A stretch of 64,000 nt of DNA from an uncultured Gammaproteobacteria bacterium (GCA_964348895.1 CAYGEH010000001.1:6676-70675); one strand, 5' to 3'; numbered from the stretch's first letter, positions 44,168-55,238 are shown. The notes: a model not told the origin generated them from the sequence alone. Program-made: numbers and translations.

Positions 44168-45061
44168 TTACCTTAGATAACGACGAGTGGCGATATAACT
44201 GCCTAAGCCACAAATTAAGGAGGAAAAAAGAGTGAGTCCCCCCAAAAGAATTAGTAAAAACTCTTGAGAAATTGGAAAAACACCAATATCGGCAAAAAAA
44301 GAAAAGTCGATTAGAGTTTTCCCTAATTGAGACAGGGCAAGATACATTCCTCCAAAACCAAGAAATGTTCCTAAAACGCCGTAAATTATTCCTTCTACTA
44401 AAAAAGGTGATCGAGCCTGCCAAGAAGAAGCCCCTAAGAGTTTTAAAATTTCTACTTCGTCTTTCCTTAGGGCAATTTTCATTGAAGTAATGACAACCAT
44501 CAACAGCAATGTTTGCGAAATCAACAATATTCCTCCTCCTATTCCTACCTGTCTTATTGCCTTCGTCCACTCTTTTAACGACTCAGCAATATTTTCTGCA
44601 AAATCAATTTCTTTCCGACCCCCCTCAGAAACAGAAACAATTTCTTCCTTGGTTAGAATATCAGCGATTTCTTTTAAGTATTCAATTTTAAGCGCAGACA
44701 CCTCAATGCTGGCCGGCAAAATTTCTGCTGTAACCATTTCCAATAAGAGTGGACTATCTTTATTAGCCTCCTGATAAATTTTTAAGGCATCCTCTTTAGA
44801 AACATAAATGATTTCTTCGACCATGCCAGTATTTTTTAGTCTAAGAATCAAATCATCAACCTCTTCTTGTTCGGCAGAATCCTTTAAATAAGCGATCACT
44901 TGAGGTTGGGCTTCAAAAAAAATCAAAACCCGTTGAGAAACAAAGGAAAGGGTCGCAAAAGAAGAAATTAAAAAAAAAGCAAAACCCAAAACCATCACCA
45001 CTAAAAACGACTGATATGGTGACCGAATAATGTGGTTAAGGGCAACTTTTATTGTTTTCAT
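44168..45061 (-). CDS. ftsX: Cell-division ABC transporter permease FtsX
   Basis: TM1, then a large extracytoplasmic loop, then 3 C-terminal TM; start overlaps the ftsE stop (TAATG). Confidence 0.8.
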   Translation of the reverse strand: MKTIKVALNHIIRSPYQSFLVVMVLGFAFFLISSFATLSFVSQRVLIFFEAQPQVIAYLKDSAEQEEVDDLILRLKNTGMVEEIIYVSKEDALKIYQEANKDSPLLLEMVTAEILPASIEVSALKIEYLKEIADILTKEEIVSVSEGGRKEIDFAENIAESLKEWTKAIRQVGIGGGILLISQTLLLMVVITSMKIALRKDEVEILKLLGASSWQARSPFLVEGIIYGVLGTFLGFGGMYLALSQLGKTLIDFSFFADIGVFPISQEFLLILLGGLTLFSSLICGLGSYIATRRYLR

Positions 45062-45765
45062 TAATCTTTTTTCTCAACCTCTTTTTGATACTTAGACTGG
45101 GCTTCATCTCTGATTATTTTTCCTTTATCAATTTCAATTACCCTAACCCTTAAGGAATTAACAATATCCTCGTCGTGGGTTGCTATCAAGAGAGCGGTTC
45201 CTTCTTGGTTAACCTTCTTTAACAGTTTTATTATCTGCCAAGAGTTTGCTGGGTCTAGATTGCTGGTTGGTTCATCGACCAGCAAAATTTTAGGTCGATA
45301 AACTAGTGCTCGAGCAATGCCAACTCGCTGCTTCTCCCCTTCGGACAGCTGGGCTGGAAAAAGATGGGCCTTTTTTTCTAAGCCCACTAGCGCCAAAACC
45401 TCCTCTAGGGTTTGATGAGAAGAGTCAAAAATGTCAAAAGCAATTTCAATATTTTCTTTTATCGTTCTGTCGGCAATCAATTTTAGGTCTTGAAAAACTC
45501 GACCAAGCTGACGCCTTAACCAAACTAAACGACCACTTGATAACCGACCAGAAACCTCTTGGTCTAAAAACCTAATTTCCCCTGAGGTAAGAGAAATCTC
45601 TCGGGACAAAAGCCGAAAAAGGGTGGTCTTACCAGAACCAGAAGAGCCAACCAAAAAAGCAAGCTCGCCAGGTTTTAGGTCAAAGCTCACCGAATCTAAA
45701 ATCGTTTCCTGGCCAAACTTTTTAGTAACTTCTTTTAAGGACAGAATAGGTGCCGTTTTCGCCAT
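45061..45765 (-). CDS. ftsE: Cell-division ABC transporter ATPase FtsE
   Basis: GSSGSGKTTL Walker A, LSEGEKQRVGIARAL signature, LLVDEPTSNLD Walker B. Confidence 0.9.
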   Translation of the reverse strand: MAKTAPILSLKEVTKKFGQETILDSVSFDLKPGELAFLVGSSGSGKTTLFRLLSREISLTSGEIRFLDQEVSGRLSSGRLVWLRRQLGRVFQDLKLIADRTIKENIEIAFDIFDSSHQTLEEVLALVGLEKKAHLFPAQLSEGEKQRVGIARALVYRPKILLVDEPTSNLDPANSWQIIKLLKKVNQEGTALLIATHDEDIVNSLRVRVIEIDKGKIIRDEAQSKYQKEVEKKD

Positions 45766-45782
45766 AAAACAAAAATCATTTT

Positions 45783-46325
45783 TTAATCTAACACTTTTAG
45801 TTTACCAACATCCATTAACCAACCTGCTTTTTCTGCACTAAAAGTTTCTCCCCAAACCTCAACCCTGCGACCAACAAAAGAATTCAAATCTAAAACTGAA
45901 GAAAATAAGAAAACTGTTTGAAATGGACCTCCCTCTCTTATAAGGTGGTGTGTTCCTTCACCGTTAACGCCTCCTTCGGCAACTTCACCAACAGCATTAT
46001 CAGAAAAAACATTCTTATCTTGTACTCCAAACTCTTCTCCTTTTTGAGGTTGCTGGCCTTCGCTAACTTCAAGTAAAAGCGGTTTTTGATTAAAAGCCGG
46101 ACCTCTGGCCAACAATCGACCAGAAAACACCCCTAAACCAACAATTACTAACAAAACAACAGCTGTCATTAAATTTCTCTTGGGGGAAAAGCTTTTTGAG
46201 AAAATAAGCGCCTTCTCCTCGAGTGGCCAAGAGGGAGAACTTGTGATTCTTTTAGATTGATCTTTATTAAGATTAATTTCTTCAATCATTAGAGTTAGTT
46301 TAAAGCTAGGATCACTATAGCACAA
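45783..46325 (-). CDS. Hypothetical single-TM protein
   Basis: 180 aa, one hydrophobic helix (AVVLLVIVGLGVF); sits between prfB and ftsE. Confidence 0.3.
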   Translation of the reverse strand: MCYSDPSFKLTLMIEEINLNKDQSKRITSSPSWPLEEKALIFSKSFSPKRNLMTAVVLLVIVGLGVFSGRLLARGPAFNQKPLLLEVSEGQQPQKGEEFGVQDKNVFSDNAVGEVAEGGVNGEGTHHLIREGGPFQTVFLFSSVLDLNSFVGRRVEVWGETFSAEKAGWLMDVGKLKVLD

Positions 46326-46328
46326 TTT

Positions 46329-47384
46329 TTAGCTGGTTGCCAAGAGCTTAATACTGGCTTCAACAAAATCATTTAAATCGCCATCTAAAACTGCTTCAAC
46401 ATTACTGGTTTTATGTTCTGTTCGCAGGTCCTTAACCATTTTATAAGGGTGTAAAACGTAGGAGCGAATTTGGTTACCCCAAGAGGGAGCATGGTATTCC
46501 CCTTTAATCTTAGCCTCCTCCTTCTTTCTTTCCTCTTCAGCCAAAGACCAAAGCTTGTTTCTCAACAAATCAAGAGCAATCTTGCGGTTTCGCTGCTGTT
46601 CTCTTTCTGATTGGGCGGTAACCACAACTCCAGTTGGTTTGTGGCGCAAACGAACGGCAGTGGCAACTTTGTTAACATTTTGCCCGCCAGAACCCCCAGC
46701 TCGAAAAGCTTCAAGCTCAATTTCATTTTCATTTAATTCAAAGTCTGTTTCCGACAAAACCGGCAAAACTTCTACTCGAGCAAATGAAGTTTGGCGAAGC
46801 TTATCGGCATTAAAGGGAGACTGGCGAACCAACCGATGAGCTCCTTGTTCGTGTTTTAGAGTACCATAAACATTGCTTCCTTCAACTTTCATCACGACGC
46901 TTTTTATGCCGGCTTCGTCACCGCTTGAACGATCTAGGGTTTGACAAAACCAGCTTCTTCTTTCAAAGAACCTTTGATACATTCGCTCTAAGATAAGAGT
47001 CCAATCCATCGCTTCTGTTCCCCCTTGTCCTGCTTGAATGGTAATTACTGCCCCCCCTCGGTCATACTCACCAGAAAAATAAAGTTCTTTTTCTAGTTCT
47101 CTAATTATTTGCTGTGTTTCTGTTAGTTTTCCTTCTTCAAGTAATAGTTGGGCCATTGTTATTTGTTCAATCCATGACTCTAGGGTAGCAATTTCCCTCA
47201 TGGTGTTGGCCGCTTTTTGGTGATCTTGCCAAAAAGATTGACCCCTCATTTCTTCTTTAAGCTCAGACAATCTTTGGGTTTTCTTTTCGACTTCTAGCTT
47301 CTTAAAAACAAAGTCCAGCTTTTTTTTTAATTCTTCCCTGGTCATAGTTTTATTTTCCTTATTAGTTTTTAATTTTTTATTCAC
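46329..47384 (-). CDS. prfB: Peptide chain release factor 2
   Basis: SPF tripeptide (RQSPFNADK) and GGQ ([12 protein letters not shown]); single uninterrupted ORF. Confidence 0.9.
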   Translation of the reverse strand: MNKKLKTNKENKTMTREELKKKLDFVFKKLEVEKKTQRLSELKEEMRGQSFWQDHQKAANTMREIATLESWIEQITMAQLLLEEGKLTETQQIIRELEKELYFSGEYDRGGAVITIQAGQGGTEAMDWTLILERMYQRFFERRSWFCQTLDRSSGDEAGIKSVVMKVEGSNVYGTLKHEQGAHRLVRQSPFNADKLRQTSFARVEVLPVLSETDFELNENEIELEAFRAGGSGGQNVNKVATAVRLRHKPTGVVVTAQSEREQQRNRKIALDLLRNKLWSLAEEERKKEEAKIKGEYHAPSWGNQIRSYVLHPYKMVKDLRTEHKTSNVEAVLDGDLNDFVEASIKLLATS

Positions 47385-47835
47385 AAAGACAGCGACAGTT
47401 AGGAAAAATCTCTTTAATTAATTGTTCTTTAACTTGAGCTAGTTGTTGTTGGGGTAGTTTTTTTATTTCTTCTATTAGGGTTGTTAAAGATTGATTAAAT
47501 TTTAAATTTTCTAATTGTTGCTCTCCAAGGTTAGGATTGTTTTCCTCTGTCACTAGTTGAGGTAGGGGAGCCAAGTCTTCTTGGTTGGGCCAACGAACAT
47601 AGCGACCAATAATGTCTTGAGCGGGAGTTAAAATTCTTTCTTCGACTGTTGGCTTAAGATTTTCTCCTAAAACCTGAGGGGAAAGAGGGAGTTTGACGGC
47701 TTGATCAGGACCAATAAAATAAATCAAAGCCCCTAACAGAATTCCTCCTAAAAATATTTTTTTTACTGCCGAACCTAGCACAAGTTCATTATAATACAAA
47801 TAGAGTATTAGTCCAAAAAAACTTTTATCGACCAA
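47377..47835 (-). CDS. Hypothetical membrane-anchored protein with a Cys-rich C-terminus (CRCLCE)
   Basis: 152 aa, N-terminal TM. Confidence 0.3.
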   Translation of the reverse strand: MVDKSFFGLILYLYYNELVLGSAVKKIFLGGILLGALIYFIGPDQAVKLPLSPQVLGENLKPTVEERILTPAQDIIGRYVRWPNQEDLAPLPQLVTEENNPNLGEQQLENLKFNQSLTTLIEEIKKLPQQQLAQVKEQLIKEIFPNCRCLCE

Positions 47836-47891
47836 ACCCTTAGGGTGGGGAAGTGAAAATGATTATTTTTAAACAAAGCTTATCCTCATTA

Positions 47892-49616
47892 TTACTCAAC
47901 CTCTGTTTGAATTTTCCATAAGTGTTGATAAAATCCGTCTTTTCGTCTTAGCAGGTTTTTGTGACTACCAACTTCAACCACACGACCGTTATCTAAAACT
48001 ACAATTCTATCGGCTCGTCTAACCGTTGAAAGTCTGTGAGCAATAATAATAGCAGTCTTCCCCTTCTTTGCTCGCCAAAAAGACTCTTGAATTAGTTTTT
48101 CCGAACCTGAGTCTAATTGAGAGGTGGCTTCGTCGAAAATAATTATTTGAGGGTTAACCAAAATCATTCGAGCAATAGCTAGTCTTTGTTTTTGGCCTCC
48201 AGATAGTTTAACTCCCCGCTCGCCAACTAGAGTTTGATAACCCTTGGGAAGAGAGTTAATAAAATCGGTTAAATTGGCCATTTTGGCGGCAGCAACAACC
48301 TTATTTTGATCGTGGCGATCTAGACCATAGCCAATGTTATAGGCAATAGTGTCGTTAAAAAGAACTGGCTCTTGAGGAACAATGCCAATCAATGCTCTTA
48401 ATTCACTTTTGGGTAATCTTCTAATGTCGACTTCATCAATCAAAATTTTCCCTTGATCGAGGTTGTAAAAACGAATCAATAACTTAATAATTGTTGACTT
48501 ACCAGCCCCAGAAGCACCAACAAAAGCAACAGTTTCTCCAGGACGAATGATTAAACTAAGGTCGCTAATTGCTCCGAGCCTCCCTCCAGGATAAGAAAAA
48601 TTAACTTTATCAAAAATAATTTCTCCTTTAATTTTATTTAATTTGGCTGGCCTAACAGGGTCTTTGACCAAAACTGGCTTAGTCAAAACTTCAAAGTATC
48701 GCTTTAGGTCAACGTGTCGAGAGGTTAGGTTCCTTAAATTAAAAAATATTTCAAACAAACGAGGAAAAAAGCTATTAACAAAGCCCAAAACCAAAACAAA
48801 GTCGCCCGGAGTAATTTGACCCGCAACTAATCTTCCTAAAGTAATTAATAAAATCAACCCAACGCCTAAATTGGAAACCGCCCCCAAAGAAACATCCATT
48901 AATCGAAAAGAGTTGGCAAAACGCCATAATTTATCACTCCAATTCGTAAACGATTCTTTTAGGCGCTCACGTTCCCATCTTTCTTTGGCAAAATATTTAA
49001 CCGTTTCAAAATTAATTAAATTGTCGGTGATAATAGCAGAAATTTTATCTTCAGCGTCGTTAAACTCCTGTCGCCTGCTCATATTAACCAAAACCAATCG
49101 ATAAACTAAGGCAAGATTAATAATAAAAACTAAAAACAAAGGAAAGGTTACCCAGCGATCAACTTCGACAAAAAACAACAACATCACAATAAAAATAACC
49201 CCAATTCTAAATAAATTCATTAAATTGTGGAAAATATCAAAAAAAGCACTATCTCCTCGTTTAAAAGCACTAATAAGGGCCCCAGTGTTTTTTTCGGCAT
49301 GATAAGCAAAATCTAAATCTTGAACTTGAGCAAAAACTCGCAATCGAGCATCTCTGGCTGCTGGAATCAAAACTTTATCACCTAAATAATAGGTTGCCAC
49401 TGAAACTAGGTTGTCCAACAGTCTAACGCCAACATAAATCAACAAAATCCTTATTAGTAGGCGATAGTCTAATGAAGGTAAGTTGTCAACAAAAATTTTA
49501 TAAAAATAGGGTTGAATTGCCGTTAAAATCGACCCTGTTAATAAAACTAAAACAAAAACAACAAGTAAATATTTATAACGCCACAAAAAGTAAAAGAAAA
49601 AGCTAAATGTTTTCAT
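47892..49616 (-). CDS. ABC exporter, fused permease/ATPase (MsbA-like)
   Basis: 6 TM followed by GASGAGKST Walker A, LSGGQKQRLAIAR, IIFDEATSQLD. Confidence 0.85.
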   Translation of the reverse strand: MKTFSFFFYFLWRYKYLLVVFVLVLLTGSILTAIQPYFYKIFVDNLPSLDYRLLIRILLIYVGVRLLDNLVSVATYYLGDKVLIPAARDARLRVFAQVQDLDFAYHAEKNTGALISAFKRGDSAFFDIFHNLMNLFRIGVIFIVMLLFFVEVDRWVTFPLFLVFIINLALVYRLVLVNMSRRQEFNDAEDKISAIITDNLINFETVKYFAKERWERERLKESFTNWSDKLWRFANSFRLMDVSLGAVSNLGVGLILLITLGRLVAGQITPGDFVLVLGFVNSFFPRLFEIFFNLRNLTSRHVDLKRYFEVLTKPVLVKDPVRPAKLNKIKGEIIFDKVNFSYPGGRLGAISDLSLIIRPGETVAFVGASGAGKSTIIKLLIRFYNLDQGKILIDEVDIRRLPKSELRALIGIVPQEPVLFNDTIAYNIGYGLDRHDQNKVVAAAKMANLTDFINSLPKGYQTLVGERGVKLSGGQKQRLAIARMILVNPQIIIFDEATSQLDSGSEKLIQESFWRAKKGKTAIIIAHRLSTVRRADRIVVLDNGRVVEVGSHKNLLRRKDGFYQHLWKIQTEVE

Positions 49617-49784
49617 CAGAATTTTTCCAAAAATAATTATTACCTAGATAAAGCCAACCAAAAAACCAAGGGTTCTTTAAAAACCGGGGAGATTGCCTAT
49701 TAACCGAAATTATAACACAGCAAGTCGCTTCTTTATTTTTTTATTTTAAAATTTAAAAAGCAAAAAAATAACCCTTCTCTTTTC

Positions 49785-52517
49785 TTAGCCGTATTGGGGA
49801 TAGCAGCAGTGTTTATATTTTTTTGAAGTCCCGTCTTCTTTTTTTGCTCCACAAGGACAAGGATCATTTCTTCCTGGCGATTCATTCTGATGAACCATTG
49901 TTTGGGTTGTTGGTTTTGATTCTGACCAGTTTAAGTTGTTTTGACGAATCAACCCCATTCCGTCTTGATTGTTAACGTTAGTTAAGAGGTTGGCTTGATT
50001 AGGAATAACGGTTTGATTGGCAAATTGAACTCTAAAAAATCTTCTGGCGACTTGATAATCAATTTGATTCATTAATTGCTCAAACTGAATAAAAGCTTCA
50101 TTGCGATAGATTGATAGTGGATCTTGTTGACCATAAGAACGAACCCCCACTCCTTCTCTCAAGTCCTCCATCTGGTCGAGATGATCAACCCAAAGCCGAT
50201 CAATTGTCCCCAAAATAACAGTCTTGTTAATGTCAATTAGTCTTTTTTCACCTAACTTTACGGTTAACTCTTTATAAAAGTCATCAACTAAAGACCTTAA
50301 GTGCTGTCGAGACTGATCCTGCTTTTTCTCTTTCAAAACCTTGGCTAATTTTTGTTGTGAGTCATTATTTAGGGGGATGATTTCGGCAAATTCTCTGACC
50401 AAAGCTTGATAGTTAACCGAAGCCTCTTCTGACTCGGACCCAGGAGTAAAATTAATCGTAATTAAATTGTTAATTTCTTGATAAACCCTAGAAAGTAGAT
50501 TGCTTTTTAGAGCCTCAAAGTCTTCTTGGTCAGCTAGACTTAAAATTCGATCACGAACTCGATAGACAATTTCTCTTTGTTTATTCATAACATCGTCATA
50601 TTCTACTAACCTTTTTCGAGCGTCAAAGTGAATTCTTTCAACCTTAGCCTGAATTTGCTCAATAGAACGACTAATCAATCTATTCTCAATTGGAACATTG
50701 TCGGGAAAGTTAAATTTAGTCATTAACGAGGCAATTTGTTCGCCACCAAAAACTCTCATCATGTCGTCATCCAGGGCAATAAAGAATCGACTGGAACCAG
50801 AGTCTCCTTGACGGCCAGCTCGCCCCCTAAGTTGATCGTCAATTCTTCTTGCCTCGTGTCTTTCTGTTCCTATTACATGTAAGCCCCCCAAGGCTACCAC
50901 TTCGTTATGTTTTTTCTGCCAAGTTTGATGATTTTTTCTGTAGTTATTTTGGGTTTTTTTAGGCTCTTCTCCTCCCAAAACAATATCAACTCCGCGTCCA
51001 GCCATGTTTGTTGCCACGGTAACCGCTCCTTTCGCGCCAGCTTGAGCCAAAATTAAGGCTTCTCTTTCGTGATTTTTAGCATTCAAAATCTGATAAGGAA
51101 CCTTTTTATGTTTTAGCAGGCGAGCGATTGTTTCGTTTTTTTCAATTGAGGTTGTGCCAACTAAAACCGGTTGTCCTTTCTGGTAGCATCGGGCGACTTC
51201 GTTGGCAACAGCAGTATATTTAACTCTCTGGTTTTTAAAAACAGCATCTTCGGAGTCTTTTCTGATTAATGATCGATTAGTGGGAACAGCCAGGGTGCTT
51301 AATCCATAAATTTTTCTAAATTCTTCTGCTGAAGTCAGGGCAGTACCTGTCATTCCAGAAAGATGACGATAAAGTCGAAAATAATTCTGAAAAGAAATGG
51401 TTGCCAGCGTTTTAGACTCCTGTTTAATTTCCACTTCTTCTTTTGCTTCAACCGCTTGATGAAGTCCCCCAGACCAGCGTCGACCAAACATTAATCGACC
51501 GGTAAATTCGTCTACAATCACAATTTCTCCGTCTTTGATAACATAGTCTCGATCACGACGAAACAACTCTCTTGACTTAAGGGCGTTTTCAAGGTGATGA
51601 ATGGTTTCAAAATCTTTTTCATAAAGATTTTCTACCTTAAGAATTTTTTCTATCTTGGTAATACCATGATCTGTTAAGGAAACCATTCGCGACTCTTCGT
51701 CAACCAGATAATCAGTCTGGGGCGACAATAAGCGAATCATTTGGGCAAACTGATAATAGCGCTGGGTTGGTTGGGCTTCCGGAGAAGAGATGATTAGCGG
51801 AGTTCTGGCCTCGTCGATTAAGGCAAAATCAACTTCATCAACAATAGCAAAATAATGAGAACGCTGTACTTTATCGACTAAATTATAGGCCATATTATCT
51901 CTGAGGTAATCAAAGCCAAACTCATTGTTAGTACCATAAGTAATATCGGCTAAGTAAGCGTTTTTTCTTTCTACTGGTCGTAAGTGCTTTAACCTCTCGT
52001 CATCAGCTTCTTGACTAAAATCGGGATCATAAATAAAGGCTTGATCGTGAATTATGCCTCCGGTAGATAGACCTAATAAATGAAAGATTTGCCCCATCCA
52101 GCCAGCGTCTCTTCTCGCCAGATAGTCATTAACTGTTACCAAGTGGGCCCCTTTGTTTTCTAGGGCCCTTAAAAAGAGGGCAGGGGTCGCCCCCAATGTT
52201 TTTCCCTCACCAGTTTTTTGTTCAATTGTTTTTCCTTCAAATAAGGCAATTGCCGCCATCATTTGAACATCAAAATGTCTTTGACCAATAGTTCGCTTAG
52301 CTGCTTCTCGCACTAAAGCAAAGGCTTCTGGCAAAACAGCCACCGTCGAGGATTCTTTGCTGACTTTCTTTTTTAATTTTTCTGCCTTACTTCTAATCTG
52401 ACTATTATCTAGTCGATCAAGCTTCCCCTCCCAGTCATTAATTTGATCAACTAATTCTCTTAGGCGAGCAATTTCTTTTTCTTGACTGGAAAATATTTTC
52501 TTCAAAAAATCAAGCAT
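49785..52517 (-). CDS. secA: Preprotein translocase ATPase SecA
   Basis: 910 aa, DEAD-like motor motifs, C-terminal Zn finger CPCGAKK...KHCC. Confidence 0.95.
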   Translation of the reverse strand: MLDFLKKIFSSQEKEIARLRELVDQINDWEGKLDRLDNSQIRSKAEKLKKKVSKESSTVAVLPEAFALVREAAKRTIGQRHFDVQMMAAIALFEGKTIEQKTGEGKTLGATPALFLRALENKGAHLVTVNDYLARRDAGWMGQIFHLLGLSTGGIIHDQAFIYDPDFSQEADDERLKHLRPVERKNAYLADITYGTNNEFGFDYLRDNMAYNLVDKVQRSHYFAIVDEVDFALIDEARTPLIISSPEAQPTQRYYQFAQMIRLLSPQTDYLVDEESRMVSLTDHGITKIEKILKVENLYEKDFETIHHLENALKSRELFRRDRDYVIKDGEIVIVDEFTGRLMFGRRWSGGLHQAVEAKEEVEIKQESKTLATISFQNYFRLYRHLSGMTGTALTSAEEFRKIYGLSTLAVPTNRSLIRKDSEDAVFKNQRVKYTAVANEVARCYQKGQPVLVGTTSIEKNETIARLLKHKKVPYQILNAKNHEREALILAQAGAKGAVTVATNMAGRGVDIVLGGEEPKKTQNNYRKNHQTWQKKHNEVVALGGLHVIGTERHEARRIDDQLRGRAGRQGDSGSSRFFIALDDDMMRVFGGEQIASLMTKFNFPDNVPIENRLISRSIEQIQAKVERIHFDARKRLVEYDDVMNKQREIVYRVRDRILSLADQEDFEALKSNLLSRVYQEINNLITINFTPGSESEEASVNYQALVREFAEIIPLNNDSQQKLAKVLKEKKQDQSRQHLRSLVDDFYKELTVKLGEKRLIDINKTVILGTIDRLWVDHLDQMEDLREGVGVRSYGQQDPLSIYRNEAFIQFEQLMNQIDYQVARRFFRVQFANQTVIPNQANLLTNVNNQDGMGLIRQNNLNWSESKPTTQTMVHQNESPGRNDPCPCGAKKEDGTSKKYKHCCYPQYG

Positions 52518-52632
52518 ACTTTATTGATTATATCAGCAATAGCGGTCAGAAAGAGAAAATAAGTTTTAGAAAAACAACAAAGGATAAATTCTTTTGTTAT
52601 TCTATTTTTTTCTTCTGTAATATAATTCTCTT
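52518..52632. promoter_or_regulatory. Divergent intergenic region between secA and the methylthiotransferase gene
   Basis: 115-nt AT-rich spacer between divergent start codons. Confidence 0.25.
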
Positions 52633-53949
52633 ATGGCTATAATCACCTTTTTGGCCAAAACACTAGGTTGTCGGGTTAATCAAGCTGAAACTAAACAAAT
52701 TGTTAATGAATTAATCTCTTTAGGCTATCAACCCTTTGGAAACCAATCATCCCCCAAAGTTATAATTCTAAACACTTGTGTTGTTACCCAAAAAGGAGAG
52801 CGAGAAAGTGCCAAGACCATTCGCCATCTAAGCAAGCAATACCCAAAGAGTTTGTTGGTTGTCACTGGTTGTGCCGCTAATCTTTGGTTAAAAGAAGGCC
52901 AAAGCAAAATACCCTCAACTTGTCTTTTCGTTGCCAATGAAGAAAAAAGCCTTATTCCCAAAATAATTAAAAATAGGCTTCCTCTTTCTTCAAGAAAAAA
53001 AAGTTTAAAAAACAAATTAAACCAGAGCGATTTTAGAGTTTTTATTAAAATTCAAGATGGTTGTAATCAGTTCTGCACTTATTGTCTCGTTCCCTTGGTT
53101 AGAAACAAGATTGTAAGTCAATTGCCAGTTAAAATTATTAAAAATGTTAATCAAGCAAATCTCCTTGGCGGCAAAGAGGCAATTTTATCTGGCATCAATT
53201 TATCTTTATACGGCCAGGAACTAACTCCACCCATTTCTCTAAATCAGTTAATTAAAGAAATCCTAAAAAAAACTAATATTCCCCGTCTTTCTTTGAGTTC
53301 ACTTAAGCCAGAGTTAATTAACCAAGGCTTGCTAGAAATTTTTAATAACGAGCAAAAACAAGCCCGAAGGCTATCAACTTATCTGCATTTATCGCTTCAA
53401 TCGGCCTCAACAGAAGTTTTGGCCAGAATGGGCAGACAAAACAATCTTAATAGTCTCAAAAAAACATTACTTTCTCTTAAAGAAATTGTTCCAGAAATTA
53501 CCCTTAGGGCTGATATTATTGTTGGCTTTCCTGGTGAAACCGAACAAGAATTTGAGGCCACTCTTAGTTTTGTTAAAGAAACAGGAATTTCCTTCGTCCA
53601 TTCGTTTAAATATTCTCCTCGACCAGGAACTGTTGCTCAAAAAATGATAAACAAAAAGCATTGGAGTCAGGTGCCGGAACAAATAAAAAAAATCCGGCAA
53701 AAAAAACTTCTTCGAATTGTTCAAAAAAATCAACAAAAACAAGCCCAAGGTTTGATTGATAGCGTTAGGCCGGTTTTAATTTTAAAAGAAACCAGGAAAG
53801 GTTGGTGGGGACTATCAGATAATTATTGGCCAACCAATGTTATTTTTAACCAATCTGAGCAAAAAAATTATTTAGGGAAAATTGTCCCCGTCAAAATAGT
53901 TAGTTTTCAGAGTAAGATTTTACAGGGTAATTTTTTCGATTCCAACTAA
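52633..53949 (+). CDS. Radical-SAM methylthiotransferase, MiaB/RimO/MtaB family (MtaB-like)
   Basis: N-terminal MTTase TLGCRVNQAET, radical-SAM CNQFCTYC, C-terminal TRAM-like region. Confidence 0.8.
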   Translation: MAIITFLAKTLGCRVNQAETKQIVNELISLGYQPFGNQSSPKVIILNTCVVTQKGERESAKTIRHLSKQYPKSLLVVTGCAANLWLKEGQSKIPSTCLFVANEEKSLIPKIIKNRLPLSSRKKSLKNKLNQSDFRVFIKIQDGCNQFCTYCLVPLVRNKIVSQLPVKIIKNVNQANLLGGKEAILSGINLSLYGQELTPPISLNQLIKEILKKTNIPRLSLSSLKPELINQGLLEIFNNEQKQARRLSTYLHLSLQSASTEVLARMGRQNNLNSLKKTLLSLKEIVPEITLRADIIVGFPGETEQEFEATLSFVKETGISFVHSFKYSPRPGTVAQKMINKKHWSQVPEQIKKIRQKKLLRIVQKNQQKQAQGLIDSVRPVLILKETRKGWWGLSDNYWPTNVIFNQSEQKNYLGKIVPVKIVSFQSKILQGNFFDSN

Positions 53950-55191
53950 GCCTCTTAAAACTTGGGGAATAATAATTGAACCGTCGGGCTGTTGATAATT
54001 TTCTAAAATTGCAACTAAAATTCTAGGGCTAGCCAGAACTGTATTATTAAGGGTGTGAACCAAAACTTTCTTTCCTTGTTTATTCAAATAGCAAATATTA
54101 AGTCGACGTGATTGCCAGTCGGTAAGATTAGAGTCAGAATGGGTTTCGCCGTAATCGTTGCGAGAAGGCATCCAGGTTTCGATGTCGTACATTTTTCGCT
54201 TTCCTGCTCCCATATCTCCAGTACAAACTTGGACTACGCGATAGGGCAAACCTAGGTCACGTAAAATTCCAGCGGAAATGTTTTTCATTTCTTCTAACCA
54301 TTGATCGGAGATTTTATTGTCAGCCTGACAAAGAACAACTTGTTCGACCTTGGCAAACTCATGAACTCGATAAATTCCTTGGGTGTCTTTTCCATAACTG
54401 CCCGCCTCAGAGCGATAACAGGGTGTCCATCCCGCCACCCGAATTGGTAAGTCTGCTTCCCTTAAAACAGTATTAGCAAAATAAGCCAAAAGAGATGGTT
54501 CTGCAGTTCCAGCCAAGTATTCTGAATCAATTATTTTCTCACCACTGGCTAAAAGACCAGGATTAGCGATTTGATAAACATCTTCTTTGAAAAAAGGAAA
54601 GTGGCCGCTACCAACAAAAGCAAACTCTTTTAAGATCGTTGGCGGCACCATTGGATTAAAACCAACCTCAACAATCTTCTGCCAAGCATAAAATAAAACC
54701 GCAAAATGAAGTTTAGCAGCCGCGTTTTTAAGGTAATAACCTCTAAAACCAGATGTTTGGGCTCCTTTTTTTAAATCAATTAAGTCTAGCTTTTCGCTTA
54801 ATTCAATGTGGCTGAGTGGAGAAAAATTGAAATTTGGTTTTTCTCCCCAAGTTTCAAGAATTAAATTATTTTCTTCGTTTTTCCCAATCGGCGTATCTTC
54901 AGATGGCACATTGGGGACCTCAAGCATTAACTTAAAATATTGTTCTTCAACTTCTTTTAACTGAGGCTCTAGTTCCCCAAGTTTAATTTTAACCTCTTTC
55001 CCTAAATCAATGTTTCTGCTCCTAGCAGCCTCATTTCTTTGTGCCCGCAAGCTGTCAATTCTTTCAATAAGTTCTCGGCGTCGGTCATCAACGCCAAGAA
55101 GACGGTCAATTAAGTCCTCAGCCATTTGTTTATCACGAACCGCTTTTTTAAGCAATTCTTGATTCTCGCGAATAAAATTAATATTAAGCAT
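53920..55191 (-). CDS. serS: Seryl-tRNA synthetase
   Basis: N-terminal coiled-coil arm plus class II core motifs; 423 aa. Confidence 0.95.
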   Translation of the reverse strand: MLNINFIRENQELLKKAVRDKQMAEDLIDRLLGVDDRRRELIERIDSLRAQRNEAARSRNIDLGKEVKIKLGELEPQLKEVEEQYFKLMLEVPNVPSEDTPIGKNEENNLILETWGEKPNFNFSPLSHIELSEKLDLIDLKKGAQTSGFRGYYLKNAAAKLHFAVLFYAWQKIVEVGFNPMVPPTILKEFAFVGSGHFPFFKEDVYQIANPGLLASGEKIIDSEYLAGTAEPSLLAYFANTVLREADLPIRVAGWTPCYRSEAGSYGKDTQGIYRVHEFAKVEQVVLCQADNKISDQWLEEMKNISAGILRDLGLPYRVVQVCTGDMGAGKRKMYDIETWMPSRNDYGETHSDSNLTDWQSRRLNICYLNKQGKKVLVHTLNNTVLASPRILVAILENYQQPDGSIIIPQVLRGLVGIEKITL

Positions 55192-55238
55192 AAGAAATGT
55201 TTTTCTTTGTTTTTAACCCTTAGCCTTTGCTTTTAACT

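Noticed and set aside
44151-44774. ORFs 44151..44570, 44272..44490, 44490..44774 and 44509..44691
   Set aside because: All lie within ftsX in other frames or strands; FtsX topology and the FtsE coupling (TAATG overlap) support the ftsX frame
46329-47384. Programmed +1 frameshift in prfB
   Set aside because: RF2 here is one uninterrupted ORF containing SPF and GGQ; no in-frame UGA or CUU-UGA shift site was seen near the N-terminus
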